Assembly: GCA_963726315.1 (NCBI GenBank)
Contig: CAVSBZ010000005.1
Coordinates: 1,794,829-1,858,828, forward strand
DNA: 64,000 nucleotides
Reading direction: 5' to 3'
DNA from: an uncultured Chloroflexia bacterium
GTDB lineage: Bacteria > Chloroflexota > Anaerolineae > Anaerolineales > UBA4823
A program made the translations under genes and the position numbers. A model generated the notes under the pieces. That model was not told the origin of the DNA, did not search any database, and saw only the letters and a program-made list of their open reading frames with translations. The stretch's first letter is position 1. Each line of letters starts with the position of its first letter. Positions 1 to 9,616 of the stretch are shown here, piece by piece.

Positions 1-2892
1 GTCACCACTTCTTACCGTCGGTAAAAGTGCCAGCTCACCGACCTGCATTGATACATTATAGTGCTCGGATTCGTAACCAAACGCCCCTGCCATCCCGCAA
101 CAACCATCATCGATAACGGCCGCGCTATAACCCACATTTTCCAGCATAGCAACAGTCGCTGCCACACCTATCGGGTATCCATCTTTTGCTGGAGGTTGTG
201 CTTTCTGGTAGCAGTGCCCATGAACCAGTACATTTGTTCTAGTATTATTTGTGTCTTTATCAAGGTTTAAACTAGATAATCTATGGTCGCCAATTCCCCA
301 TTGCCTAATCAAGAATTCATCAATCATATATGCCCGATCAGCCAATTCTTCAACATAATTATTATTGGGCATAAAATTGATAAATTCATCTTTTAGCGTA
401 TATATTTCTGAAGGTTCCAATCCAATCACAGGGAGCCTGCCATCTGGATCAATCACTCTTATTTCATCTATTATGCGCTGTGCGTGCTTCTTTGCCTCAT
501 TAAGAAATCCTTTGGAAATTAATGTTCTACCAGCGCCTAATCTTGATAAGATTCTGACCCTCTTTCCCGTTGCCATTAGTACTTGTAATGCATCCATACT
601 AGTATCAGGAAAGAAATATTCGTTGAACGCATCCGAAAGCAATAAACAATCGGGTTCACCGGAAAGCTTTAGTAATCGTTTCGCTTTAGTCTGAAAAGAA
701 ACTCTGGATAATTTCGGTAATGTCCGCAGCTGAGAAAGTCCGATAAGTTTTTCACGAAATCTGCCAAAAATTGAGGCGGAAAGAAATATATTTACCAACG
801 GCGCAAATGGATGGCTATATTTTGCTATTGGTGAGATATATCCAAAAACATAATCGCGGATGGGATGGCGATGCCCGGTGTCCAAGTAGTAATGTTGGTA
901 AAACTCGTATTTAAGCTTAGCCATATCAACAGCAGATGGGCATTCCGCTTTGCACCCTTTACATGCCAGGCATAAATCCAATGTTGTTTTAACAGCTTGC
1001 ATAGCAGTCTCTTGGATGGAATAACCGTTCGAAACCATTGCCCGAAGTAAATTTGCTCGTCCACGAGTGCTGAACATTTCGTCTTTAGTTGCCTGGAAAG
1101 AAGGACACATGACCCCACTCGACTTCCTACATACGCCTGCTCCATTACACTGTTCGATAGCTTCTATCAGGCGATTTGGATCAGGCGAGTTTGCGGCAAA
1201 CGTCATCACTGGCATCCAGCTCACCGGATGATATAAATCATCATATCTTAATGAGCTGTCCATTTTTGGTGTGTCTACAATTTTCCCTGGATTTAAAATT
1301 CCATTCGGATCGGCCGCATACTTAAGACTTCGTAGAGCCTCAACTACTTTCGGACCATACGCTCTTTCGATCCATTCACCCCGTGTGATTCCATCTCCGT
1401 GTTCTGCACTGACTGCCCCACCTAGACGGATAACCAGATCGACTGCAGCCTGGGCAATCGCGCGAAGCTCTTCTTTCCCCTCTGGTGTTTTTATATTCAA
1501 TAATGGTCTGATATGCAGGCAACCGGCAGATGCATGTCCATAATAATCCGCTTGTGTACTAAAACTATTTAGTATATTACCAAGCTCCTTGACAAATTCA
1601 CCCAGCCGTTCTACTGGCACGCTTAAATCTTCGATGAAGCTGATCGGTTTAAAATTACCCAACCTGGACATAAGAATGCCCAGGCCTACCTTCCTCACTT
1701 CCCAAACTTGTTTTTGTTGCGCTGGTGTTTCAGCAATGTAGAGTCTACTTCCCCAGTTACTAATCAAATTAAGTTTTGATATTTGATCTACCAATGGCCC
1801 TGGTTTGTCTCCAGAAAACTCAACAATAAGGATCGCAGCTGGATCACCCACCACAAACGAAAGCTGGTTGGCATACGCAGGGACAGAACGAGCTAGATGG
1901 ATCAGACTTTGAGGGATAAGCTCGACAGCAGAAGGGGCTAATTCCAAAATCTTGGTTACACTGTCGCAAGCTTCAATGATGCTGGAAAAATTGAGCACTG
2001 CCAAAATTGCATGCTTTTTTAATGGTACCAGGCGCAAGGTTGCTGTCCGGATGACCCCTAATGTCCCTTCAGAACCAGCCAACAATGGAGCAATATTAAT
2101 AGTTCCTGGCAATATCGGCGGATATGGGAGCTGACTCGTATTCCATTGAGGAGGATAGGTTGGTGACCAAGGGATAAGGTAATTCAGGTTATATCCAGAT
2201 GACCTCCTCCAGGTTTTAGGCCACCTTTGTTTGATCTCATCTTCATATTCTGTACGGATAGCTAATGCGGCTCGATAGATCGATCCTTCAACAAACGACG
2301 CGGCAGAATTTAGCCTACCCGCTAAAATTTGTTCGGCGAATTCTGTGGAAACTGGTTTAAACGATGTATTCGACCCATCGGCTAACACAACATCCGCTGA
2401 AAGGAGATGGTCAGCGGTCATTCCATGCAGGATTGAATGAGCACCCGCTGCGTTATTCCCGATGCATCCTCCCAATGTAGCTCTCTCTGATGAAGCGGGG
2501 TCGGGTCCAAATTGCAATCCGAATTTCTTAACTGCGTGGTTCAGATCATCCAATATCAATCCAGGCTCGACAGTTGCAGTTTGTTCCTCAATATTTATAT
2601 TAACAAGTTGGTTTAAGTAACGCGAGCAATCTATAATCAGCCCCTTTCCAATAGCCTGTCCTGCCAGGCCAGACCCTGACCCACGTGGGATAACGGGGAT
2701 TTGATACTTGTTGCAGTATTCAACGATTGGAATGAGCTCATCAATATTCCGGGGAAATACCACTCCCAGGGGTTCGATTTTATGGATCGAGGCATCGGTG
2801 CTAAATAGCACCCTTGTAACAGGATCAGTCTTAATCTCACCAGTTATGGCGCGTTGCAGTTCTGCGATGACTTCTGGTAATAGATTGTCCAT
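1..2892 (-). CDS. FAD-binding (GlcD-like) oxidoreductase fused to an Fe-S/cysteine-rich (GlcF-like) domain; 3' end runs off the window
   Basis: Not in the supplied ORF track (no stop inside the window). Reverse-strand ATG at 2892-2890 opens an uninterrupted 964-codon frame down to position 1 (MDNLLPEVIAELQRAITGEI...). N-half looks like an FAD-binding PCMH domain (IPVIPRGSGSGLAGQAIG). C-half has Cys clusters CNGAGVCRK and CLACKGCKAECP typical of glycolate-oxidase-type fusions. Confidence 0.8.
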   Translation of the reverse strand, partial: MDNLLPEVIAELQRAITGEIKTDPVTRVLFSTDASIHKIEPLGVVFPRNIDELIPIVEYCNKYQIPVIPRGSGSGLAGQAIGKGLIIDCSRYLNQLVNINIEEQTATVEPGLILDDLNHAVKKFGLQFGPDPASSERATLGGCIGNNAAGAHSILHGMTADHLLSADVVLADGSNTSFKPVSTEFAEQILAGRLNSAASFVEGSIYRAALAIRTEYEDEIKQRWPKTWRRSSGYNLNYLIPWSPTYPPQWNTSQLPYPPILPGTINIAPLLAGSEGTLGVIRTATLRLVPLKKHAILAVLNFSSIIEACDSVTKILELAPSAVELIPQSLIHLARSVPAYANQLSFVVGDPAAILIVEFSGDKPGPLVDQISKLNLISNWGSRLYIAETPAQQKQVWEVRKVGLGILMSRLGNFKPISFIEDLSVPVERLGEFVKELGNILNSFSTQADYYGHASAGCLHIRPLLNIKTPEGKEELRAIAQAAVDLVIRLGGAVSAEHGDGITRGEWIERAYGPKVVEALRSLKYAADPNGILNPGKIVDTPKMDSSLRYDDLYHPVSWMPVMTFAANSPDPNRLIEAIEQCNGAGVCRKSSGVMCPSFQATKDEMFSTRGRANLLRAMVSNGYSIQETAMQAVKTTLDLCLACKGCKAECPSAVDMAKLKYEFYQHYYLDTGHRHPIRDYVFGYISPIAKYSHPFAPLVNIFLSASIFGRFREKLIGLSQLRTLPKLSRVSFQTKAKRLLKLSGEPDCLLLSDAFNEYFFPDTSMDALQVLMATGKRVRILSRLGAGRTLISKGFLNEAKKHAQRIIDEIRVIDPDGRLPVIGLEPSEIYTLKDEFINFMPNNNYVEELADRAYMIDEFLIRQWGIGDHRLSSLNLDKDTNNTRTNVLVHGHCYQKAQPPAKDGYPIGVAATVAMLENVGYSAAVIDDGCCGMAGAFGYESEHYNVSMQVGELALLPTVRSGD

Positions 2893-2994
2893 AGCACCTA
2901 CCGGGAATTTTTATTAAACAATGCAGTTATTTTATACCACATTCTGGGGAAGCGTTTATTATATAATGCTTGTATAAAAGCGAGTCACCGAATA

Positions 2995-4167
2995 ATGAAA
3001 TACTCTTCTTACTTAACAGATCTCTCCTGCACATCGTGTGGTAAGCCTTATTCTGCCGAGCAAATCCAGACTTATTGCCTCGATTGCGAAGCACCTTTGT
3101 TCGCTAATTATGATTTACTCACAATTAAACGCTCAGTTGACCGAGATCAATATAAGCACCGAGCCAAAGGGATGTGGCGTTGGTTTGAAATGTTGCCTGT
3201 GCGTGATGCTGATAATATTGTCACGTTGGGTGAAGGGGATACGCCATTACTATCTCTCCATAAGTTGGGTCAAGAACTTGGCTATGCGAATATCTTTCTT
3301 AAGGAGGAGGGGATTAACCCAACCGGCTCGTTTAAGGCTCGGGGTCTTTCAGCTGCAGTTTCTAAAGCCAAGGAGCTCGGGATAAACAAGTTAGTAATTC
3401 CTACTGCAGGAAATGCAGGAGGTGCATTGGCAGCTTATGCAGCCCGCGCAGAAATTGGTGCATTGATCTATATGCCAAAGAGTACACCAATATCGAACAT
3501 CTTTGAAAGCAAGATCATGAGCGCAGATGTTGAGCTGGTCGATGGCTTGATCAATCTAGCAGGAACATTTGCAGAACAAAAGTCATTGACGGAAGCATGG
3601 TTCAATATGTCAACATTTAAAGAACCATACCGCGTGGAAGGTAAGAAAATCATGGGATATGAAATTGCTGAGGATTTCAATTGGAAATTACCTGATGTCA
3701 TTATCTATCCAACTGGTGGTGGGACAGGGCTCGTCGGAATGTGGAAAGCGTTTTTAGAAATGAAGTCTTTAGGATGGCTCGAGTCAGATAAGTTGCCCAG
3801 GATGATTACAGTACAGGCAGAAGATTGTGCCTCGGTAGTAAAAGCAATCGCCAACGGTGCAGATGCCTGCGAAATTTGGGTAGATGCTCACACTATCGCA
3901 GTGGGTTTATGTGTTCCTAAAAGTTTTGCCGATCAGTTAATATTAAGAGATATTCGCGAAAGTAATGGTACCGCGGTGAGTGTTTCGGATCAGGAAATCA
4001 CTTATTGGCAGAACCGGTTGGCTAATTACGAAGGCGTCTTTTCATGCCCTGAGGGGGCAGCAACCGTGGCAGGCTTGGTAAAACTGATCGGTCAAAAGTC
4101 GATCGACCCGGAAGAGAGCATCGTTTTATTCAATACAGGGAGTGGCATAAAATACATTACCCCGTAA
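2995..4167 (+). CDS. thrC: Threonine-synthase-family PLP-dependent enzyme
   Basis: 390-aa ORF. N-terminal CxxC...CxxC zinc-ribbon (CTSCGK...CLDCEAP), PLP-lysine motif GSFKARG and Gly loop PTGGGTG. Fold-type II PLP enzyme; the exact reaction is not provable from sequence alone. Confidence 0.7.
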   Translation: MKYSSYLTDLSCTSCGKPYSAEQIQTYCLDCEAPLFANYDLLTIKRSVDRDQYKHRAKGMWRWFEMLPVRDADNIVTLGEGDTPLLSLHKLGQELGYANIFLKEEGINPTGSFKARGLSAAVSKAKELGINKLVIPTAGNAGGALAAYAARAEIGALIYMPKSTPISNIFESKIMSADVELVDGLINLAGTFAEQKSLTEAWFNMSTFKEPYRVEGKKIMGYEIAEDFNWKLPDVIIYPTGGGTGLVGMWKAFLEMKSLGWLESDKLPRMITVQAEDCASVVKAIANGADACEIWVDAHTIAVGLCVPKSFADQLILRDIRESNGTAVSVSDQEITYWQNRLANYEGVFSCPEGAATVAGLVKLIGQKSIDPEESIVLFNTGSGIKYITP

Positions 4168-4340
4168 GATCCCATTTGATAGAAGCGACCAAAATATAAT
4201 TAGTCGATAATTAGCAGACAAAAATCACATTGACGCCATGCTTTACTTCGAATAAACTTTTTATGTTATATTAACATGGTGTTTTATCGCCCATTATTAA
4301 ATACCATCTATCGAAATATCATTAGGAGAGAAATAAATTT

Positions 4341-5573
4341 ATGAATATCAGCAGACTTGCCAGAGCAATTGCTGAATCACCAACATTTGCCCTAAACGAA
4401 GAAGCTCGAATTCTTCGGGAGCGCGGCGAGCCGGTAATAAATATGAGCATCGGTGAACCCAAGAATAAAACCCCCATCACCGCTGTGCTCAGCTCTGCTA
4501 CAAAATTGAGCGGAGGGGACATTAAATATACTCCGCCTGACGGCACACCATCACTCAAAAAAGCTATCATTCGATATACCGAAGAAAACTATAACCGGAT
4601 TGTCGCTCCTGAGAATGTGATCATATCAGCAGGTGCAAAACAGTCGCTTTTTAACATCCTTTACAGCATTATCAATCCTCAAGACGAAGTGATCATCCTG
4701 GCTCCCCACTGGGTTAGTTATCCTGAAATGGTTAAGATGGTCTATGGTATCCCGGTCATCGTCACTCCTGAAGATGGTACATTCCATCCGCGTATGGAAG
4801 ATATTGAACGAGCAGTCAGCTCATATACCAAGGCGATCATTGTGAATAGCCCGAATAACCCGTCGGGAGAGGTCTTCTCAGCTGATTTTATTGCACAGAT
4901 AGTGGAATTCTGCGAGCGAAAAAAGATTTTCCTTATTATGGATGATATTTATCATAAGCTAGTTTTCGATGGTGTGACCTGGGAGCCGGCGTACAAATAT
5001 ACCAATTTGGATGTAGAAAATACCATGGTCATTGTTGTCAACGGAGTAGCCAAGCTTTACGGTATGACCGGTTTTCGGATCGGTTGGGTGGTGACTAACA
5101 GAAAATTAGTCGAAGTAATGACTAATGTACAAGGGCAAATGACCTCCTGTACCTCAGCCCTGTTACAGGCTGCTGCTGAAGGCGCATTAAATGGAATGCA
5201 GAGCGTTGTTGAAAACCTTCGCCTTACTTTTCAAAATAATAAACAGGTAGTTGTGCAGGAGCTAAAATCGTTTAAAGGGGTAAAGTTAAATCCACCCAAA
5301 GGGACTTTTTATGCCCTTCCAGATTTTAGAGCCTACTTACCCTCCAGTTTGGCGAAAGATTCAGTTGATCTGTCAAAAGTGATTTTAAAAAAAGCACTCG
5401 TAGTGACTGTCCCAGGCAAAGAGTTTGGCATGGAAGGCCATCTCAGGTTAAGCTATGCAGGGTCTGTTAAGGAGATAAAAGAAGGAATTGAGCGGATCAA
5501 ATGGGTATTAGATCCCACTTCCCCCAACGAAATTTACATTGGCGACCGCAAATTAGTTAGGGATTGGTTATGA
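4341..5573 (+). CDS. Class I/II (aspartate-type) aminotransferase
   Basis: 410-aa ORF with NSPNNPSG and PLP-lysine context VAKLYGMTGFRIGW. AGGAG about 10 nt upstream of the ATG. Confidence 0.8.
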   Translation: MNISRLARAIAESPTFALNEEARILRERGEPVINMSIGEPKNKTPITAVLSSATKLSGGDIKYTPPDGTPSLKKAIIRYTEENYNRIVAPENVIISAGAKQSLFNILYSIINPQDEVIILAPHWVSYPEMVKMVYGIPVIVTPEDGTFHPRMEDIERAVSSYTKAIIVNSPNNPSGEVFSADFIAQIVEFCERKKIFLIMDDIYHKLVFDGVTWEPAYKYTNLDVENTMVIVVNGVAKLYGMTGFRIGWVVTNRKLVEVMTNVQGQMTSCTSALLQAAAEGALNGMQSVVENLRLTFQNNKQVVVQELKSFKGVKLNPPKGTFYALPDFRAYLPSSLAKDSVDLSKVILKKALVVTVPGKEFGMEGHLRLSYAGSVKEIKEGIERIKWVLDPTSPNEIYIGDRKLVRDWL

Positions 5574-7210
5574 ATAATATTTTAAATATCAAAACTCCTG
5601 CTGAAGGTCAAGCAGATGCAACCAAAAGTGATTTCGGCTTGGAAAACATCGGGTTGACTAATTTGCGGAAGGTGTATTGGAATCTCACCACTGAAGCCCT
5701 TTATGAGGAAATTATTTTTAGAGGCGAGGCACAGATTTCCCAGCTTGGACCAGTTATTGTAAATACCGGTAAACACACTGCGCGTGCAGCCAACGATAAG
5801 TTTATTGTTCGAGAATCTACAACGGAAAAGATTGTTTGGTGGGGAGAATATAATCGTCCATACGCCACCTCAAAATTTGATGAGCTCTACAGCCGCGTCC
5901 AGGGATTCCTGCAAGGACGGGACTTATTCGTCCAGGATTGTTTTGGTGGAGCCGACTCTGCTTATAGGTTACCTGTACGTGTGATCACTGAATACGCCTG
6001 GCATTCCTTATTTGCTCGAAACATGTTCATTAAGCCGAAGACGAACGAGGAATATCGCCGGCATGTGCCAGAGTTCACCGTCCTTTGCGTACCATCTTTC
6101 AAAGCTTTTCCTCAAATCGATGGAACTCCAACAAATACGTTTATTGTGATCAATTTCGATCAACGGATATGTATCATCGGGAATACAGGTTATGGCGGTG
6201 AAATCAAAAAATCTGTCTTCACATTGCTAAATTATCTCCTGCCCATCCAAGGGATCATGACCATGCACTGCTCTGCCAATACCGGGAAAAACGGTGATAC
6301 TGCCCTGTTTTTCGGCCTCTCCGGAACCGGTAAAACCACACTGTCTGCTGATCCAAAGCGTGGCTTGATTGGTGATGACGAACATGGATGGAGTGATGAA
6401 GGAATCTTTAACTTTGAAGATGGTTGTTATGCCAAAGTAATCGGTCTTTCATCAAGCGCTGAGCCAGAAATTTATGCTTGTACCAGGCACTTTGGTACTA
6501 TCCTCGAAAATGTGGTCTACGATCCTGTGACAAGGATAATCGATTTAGATGACGATACCCTAACAGAAAATACGCGTGCTTCCTACCCTCTCGATTACAT
6601 CGCTAATGCCATTCCAGAAAAGATGGGTGGTCATCCAAGAAACATCATCTTTCTAACCTGTGATGCCTCCGGTGTAATGCCTCCAATTGCCAGATTAACC
6701 CCAGATCAAGCCTTATACCACTTTATTTCGGGATATACAGCCAAAGTCGGCGGAACAGAGATTGGATTGGGTGAAGAACCGGAAATAACCTTCAGTGCCT
6801 GTTTCGGTGCCCCATTTATGGTTCTCCCCCCGGCATTCTATTCCGACCTACTAAAGAGGAAAATTTTACGTTATGGTGTCAATTGCTGGCTGGTCAATAC
6901 CGGCTGGGTAGGTGGACCGTACGGTGTTGGAAAACGGATCAGCATCCGATATACGCGTGACCTGCTGAACTCTGCTCTAAACGGTGAACTAAATGACGTT
7001 GAGTATTATACGGATCCAGTCTTTGGATTCCAGGTACCAAAACACTGTCCGGGAATTCCTGATTCAGTGCTTTATCCATCTTCAGCCTGGCCCAGTGAGA
7101 ATGCATATAAGAAAAGGTATATTAGTCTAGCAGCTCGATTTATTGATAATTTCAAGAAATTCGCCGATGATTGTCCGCCCGAGTTGGTCAACGCGGGGCC
7201 AAAGATATAA
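5570..7210 (+). CDS. pckA: Phosphoenolpyruvate carboxykinase (ATP)
   Basis: Kinase P-loop GLSGTGKTTLS and full-length PckA-like sequence. ATG at 5570 overlaps the upstream TGA (ATGA). The ORF-track start at 5564 is a TTG two codons earlier. Confidence 0.9.
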   Translation: MNNILNIKTPAEGQADATKSDFGLENIGLTNLRKVYWNLTTEALYEEIIFRGEAQISQLGPVIVNTGKHTARAANDKFIVRESTTEKIVWWGEYNRPYATSKFDELYSRVQGFLQGRDLFVQDCFGGADSAYRLPVRVITEYAWHSLFARNMFIKPKTNEEYRRHVPEFTVLCVPSFKAFPQIDGTPTNTFIVINFDQRICIIGNTGYGGEIKKSVFTLLNYLLPIQGIMTMHCSANTGKNGDTALFFGLSGTGKTTLSADPKRGLIGDDEHGWSDEGIFNFEDGCYAKVIGLSSSAEPEIYACTRHFGTILENVVYDPVTRIIDLDDDTLTENTRASYPLDYIANAIPEKMGGHPRNIIFLTCDASGVMPPIARLTPDQALYHFISGYTAKVGGTEIGLGEEPEITFSACFGAPFMVLPPAFYSDLLKRKILRYGVNCWLVNTGWVGGPYGVGKRISIRYTRDLLNSALNGELNDVEYYTDPVFGFQVPKHCPGIPDSVLYPSSAWPSENAYKKRYISLAARFIDNFKKFADDCPPELVNAGPKI

Positions 7211-7233
7211 TCAACCGATCTTTAGAAACAAAT

Positions 7234-7269
7234 AACCCTCACCTGCCTACTAACTGGCAGGTGAGGGTT
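7234..7269. terminator. Bidirectional hairpin between convergent pckA and hflX
   Basis: Perfect 14-bp stem AACCCTCACCTGCC / GGCAGGTGAGGGTT with an 8-nt loop. T-rich flank on the minus strand (TTATTTGTTTC) and TTT on the plus strand. The right arm encodes the last hflX codons and the loop contains its TAG stop. Confidence 0.55.
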
Positions 7270-8599
7270 TCGATTGCGGGACTTCCTTTATATACTGATG
7301 GAAATATGAAAGCAGCCTTCCTGGCAGGCGTCCCTGGATCTCAACGCCACCTGAAACCTGCTCCAATCGTTCCACTTGTCCTTGTTCCTGGAACAGGCTG
7401 ATCAAACCGCCTTGTTGGTAAGGCAGAAAGATTTGGATAGGGATATAATCTTCATACAGGTAAGTATGAGCTTTTAAAAGTAAGTCGGGGATTCCCTCTC
7501 CAGTCAATGCCGATATGGCTACCGCACTCGGAAAATTAGAAAGTACTTCCCTGGCATGGTCCGGATCGGTAAGTCCGTCGATTTTATTCAAAGCAGTCAG
7601 GATCGGTATATGATCCGCTTCGATATCGGTGAGGGTTTGATACACCGCCCTTGCTTGTTCTTTTGCTTGCGGATGAGTGATAGCAATGACATGGATTAGT
7701 AAGTCAGCTTCAGCGATCTCTTCCAATGTAGCTCTAAACGCTGCTACCAGGGTTGTAGGGAGTTTTTGGATAAATCCGACTGTATCTGTAAACAAGGCAA
7801 TATGACCATCAGACATATTTACCCTGCGGGTCGTTGGATCTAGTGTAGCAAACAGTTTATCTGCTACATAGACATCCGACTTGGAGAGGCTGTTTAGTAG
7901 GGTAGATTTTCCTGCATTGGTATACCCAACCAGGGCAACCACTGGTGTCAGGCTCTTTTTTCTCCGGCTTCGGTATTGCTGCCGGTGAATACGTACTTTC
8001 TCCAACTGTTCTTTTAGATGCTTGATCCGTGAACGAATTTCGCGCCGGTCTACTTCAAGCTGGGTTTCACCGGGACCCCTCAGTCCTACCCCACCCACTT
8101 TTCCCGACCGACCACCCCCACCTCCTGCCTGCCTAGCCAGGTGAGTCCAGGCACGCGTCAGTCGAGGTAGTCGGTATTCATATTGGGCTAATTCTACCTG
8201 AAGAGCACCTTCATTCGTGTTAGCGTGCTGCGCGAAGATATCTAATATAAGCGCGGTACGGTCGATGATACGGATACGGTCATTAAATTCCAACTCCAGT
8301 TCTCTGAGGTGTCGAGGGGAGAGCTCGTTATCAAATAGAATAACATCTGCCTTTACTTCTTCAGCTAGAGTGCGGACTTCATCAACTTTGCCGGAACCGA
8401 TATAGGTCTTGACATTCGGTTTATCCATGTGTTGAGTTGATTGTCCCACCACCTGTAGACCAGCAGTTTCGCCCAATAGTGCCAATTCAGTCAGCGAATC
8501 CTCCAAGCTCAACAGGTGCTCTTCCCCTCTGATCTCAACACCAACAAGGAATGCCTTTTCACGCGGGAGTAATGTTGATTCTGCTATTTTTTTTGCCAT
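7250..8599 (-). CDS. hflX: GTPase HflX
   Basis: 449 aa. G1 GYTNAGKSTLLN, G3 DTVGF, G4 NKID, with HflX-type N-terminal domain. Confidence 0.9.
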   Translation of the reverse strand: MAKKIAESTLLPREKAFLVGVEIRGEEHLLSLEDSLTELALLGETAGLQVVGQSTQHMDKPNVKTYIGSGKVDEVRTLAEEVKADVILFDNELSPRHLRELELEFNDRIRIIDRTALILDIFAQHANTNEGALQVELAQYEYRLPRLTRAWTHLARQAGGGGGRSGKVGGVGLRGPGETQLEVDRREIRSRIKHLKEQLEKVRIHRQQYRSRRKKSLTPVVALVGYTNAGKSTLLNSLSKSDVYVADKLFATLDPTTRRVNMSDGHIALFTDTVGFIQKLPTTLVAAFRATLEEIAEADLLIHVIAITHPQAKEQARAVYQTLTDIEADHIPILTALNKIDGLTDPDHAREVLSNFPSAVAISALTGEGIPDLLLKAHTYLYEDYIPIQIFLPYQQGGLISLFQEQGQVERLEQVSGGVEIQGRLPGRLLSYFHQYIKEVPQSKPSPAS

Positions 8600-8679
8600 T
8601 TAATGTAATTAATTCTTCCTTTGATAATTATTCTAGTAATATTATCGAAAATCTCTGAAGTTGGAAGTTAATTTCCGTG

Positions 8680-9603
8680 TTATTTGACTGGTGTGGGCGG
8701 TTGCGAATACTTTTCCAGCCATTTTAATATCGTATCACCAACAGTTTTGAGGCTTTCAGCTGACACCTTATCCAGAGTATCATTAGAAGTATGCCAATAG
8801 GGGTAATCGAAATCGATCACATCCACAGCATTAATGCCGGCTTGTATAAACGGAATATGATCATCAATCAGATCATACTTGTAAGACGGTATAAATTGCT
8901 TATAACCTAATCCATTGGCTACATTCCAAATTTCGGCGTTTAGTTCGCGGTCAGAATTGCCTTCCTTATAAATTTTCAAATCCTTATCACCGACCATATC
9001 CAATATCACAACACTGTCCGGTTTTTCCTTCAGCTGCGAGACAAAGTAGGAGGAGCCAATCGACCAGCCAGTCCCGGCAACTGTACCGTTATCTTCATCA
9101 TCGAAAAAAACTAACCAAATTTGCTTATTGTCTTTGACTGATAAAACCCTCGCAAGCTCCATTAATATAGCGGTGCTTGAAGCTCCATCATTTGCACCCG
9201 GCACAGGCGATTTACGGTTTACAGGATTTTTATCCTGGTCGGCAAAAAGCCGTGAATCATAATGACTTCCCAGGATGATCCAAGGTGTTCCATCGCCTCT
9301 CTTTGCAATAATATTTTTTATCACCTGGCCGGAAATTACCGCTTCTTGAGTCTCAACCTGCCATCCCTGAGCTTTTAATTCATCAATCATCCAGCTGACA
9401 ACCTGGTCGTGTGCCTCGCTTCCCATGGTACGCGGACCTAGATCCAACTGATATTTCACATTTGTCAGAGCGCGCTCGCCATCAAAAACTTGGGTTTTGT
9501 CGCCGAGCGACATAGCAAGGAATGTTATTGCAAGAATAACCATACCGATAAGTATTAACAGTAATAATATTTTTATACCAATTTTCATGTTGTCTATGCG
9601 CAA
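8680..9603 (-). CDS. M28-family metallopeptidase / glutaminyl-cyclase-like protein, membrane anchored
   Basis: 307 aa. N-terminal TM helix (ILLLLILIGMVILAITFLA). Motifs GSHYDS and FFDDEDNG resemble the M28 zinc-ligand regions. Confidence 0.65.
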   Translation of the reverse strand: MRIDNMKIGIKILLLLILIGMVILAITFLAMSLGDKTQVFDGERALTNVKYQLDLGPRTMGSEAHDQVVSWMIDELKAQGWQVETQEAVISGQVIKNIIAKRGDGTPWIILGSHYDSRLFADQDKNPVNRKSPVPGANDGASSTAILMELARVLSVKDNKQIWLVFFDDEDNGTVAGTGWSIGSSYFVSQLKEKPDSVVILDMVGDKDLKIYKEGNSDRELNAEIWNVANGLGYKQFIPSYKYDLIDDHIPFIQAGINAVDVIDFDYPYWHTSNDTLDKVSAESLKTVGDTILKWLEKYSQPPTPVK

Positions 9604-9616
9604 TTCTCGATATTAT

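Noticed and set aside
61-2917. Short ORFs listed for the first 2.9 kb (61-270, 365-694, 825-1145, 1271-1543, 1952-2134, 2637-2840, 2708-2917)
   Set aside because: All lie inside, or antisense to, the uninterrupted 964-codon reverse-strand FAD/Fe-S oxidoreductase frame. Their sequences are low-complexity and show no family features.
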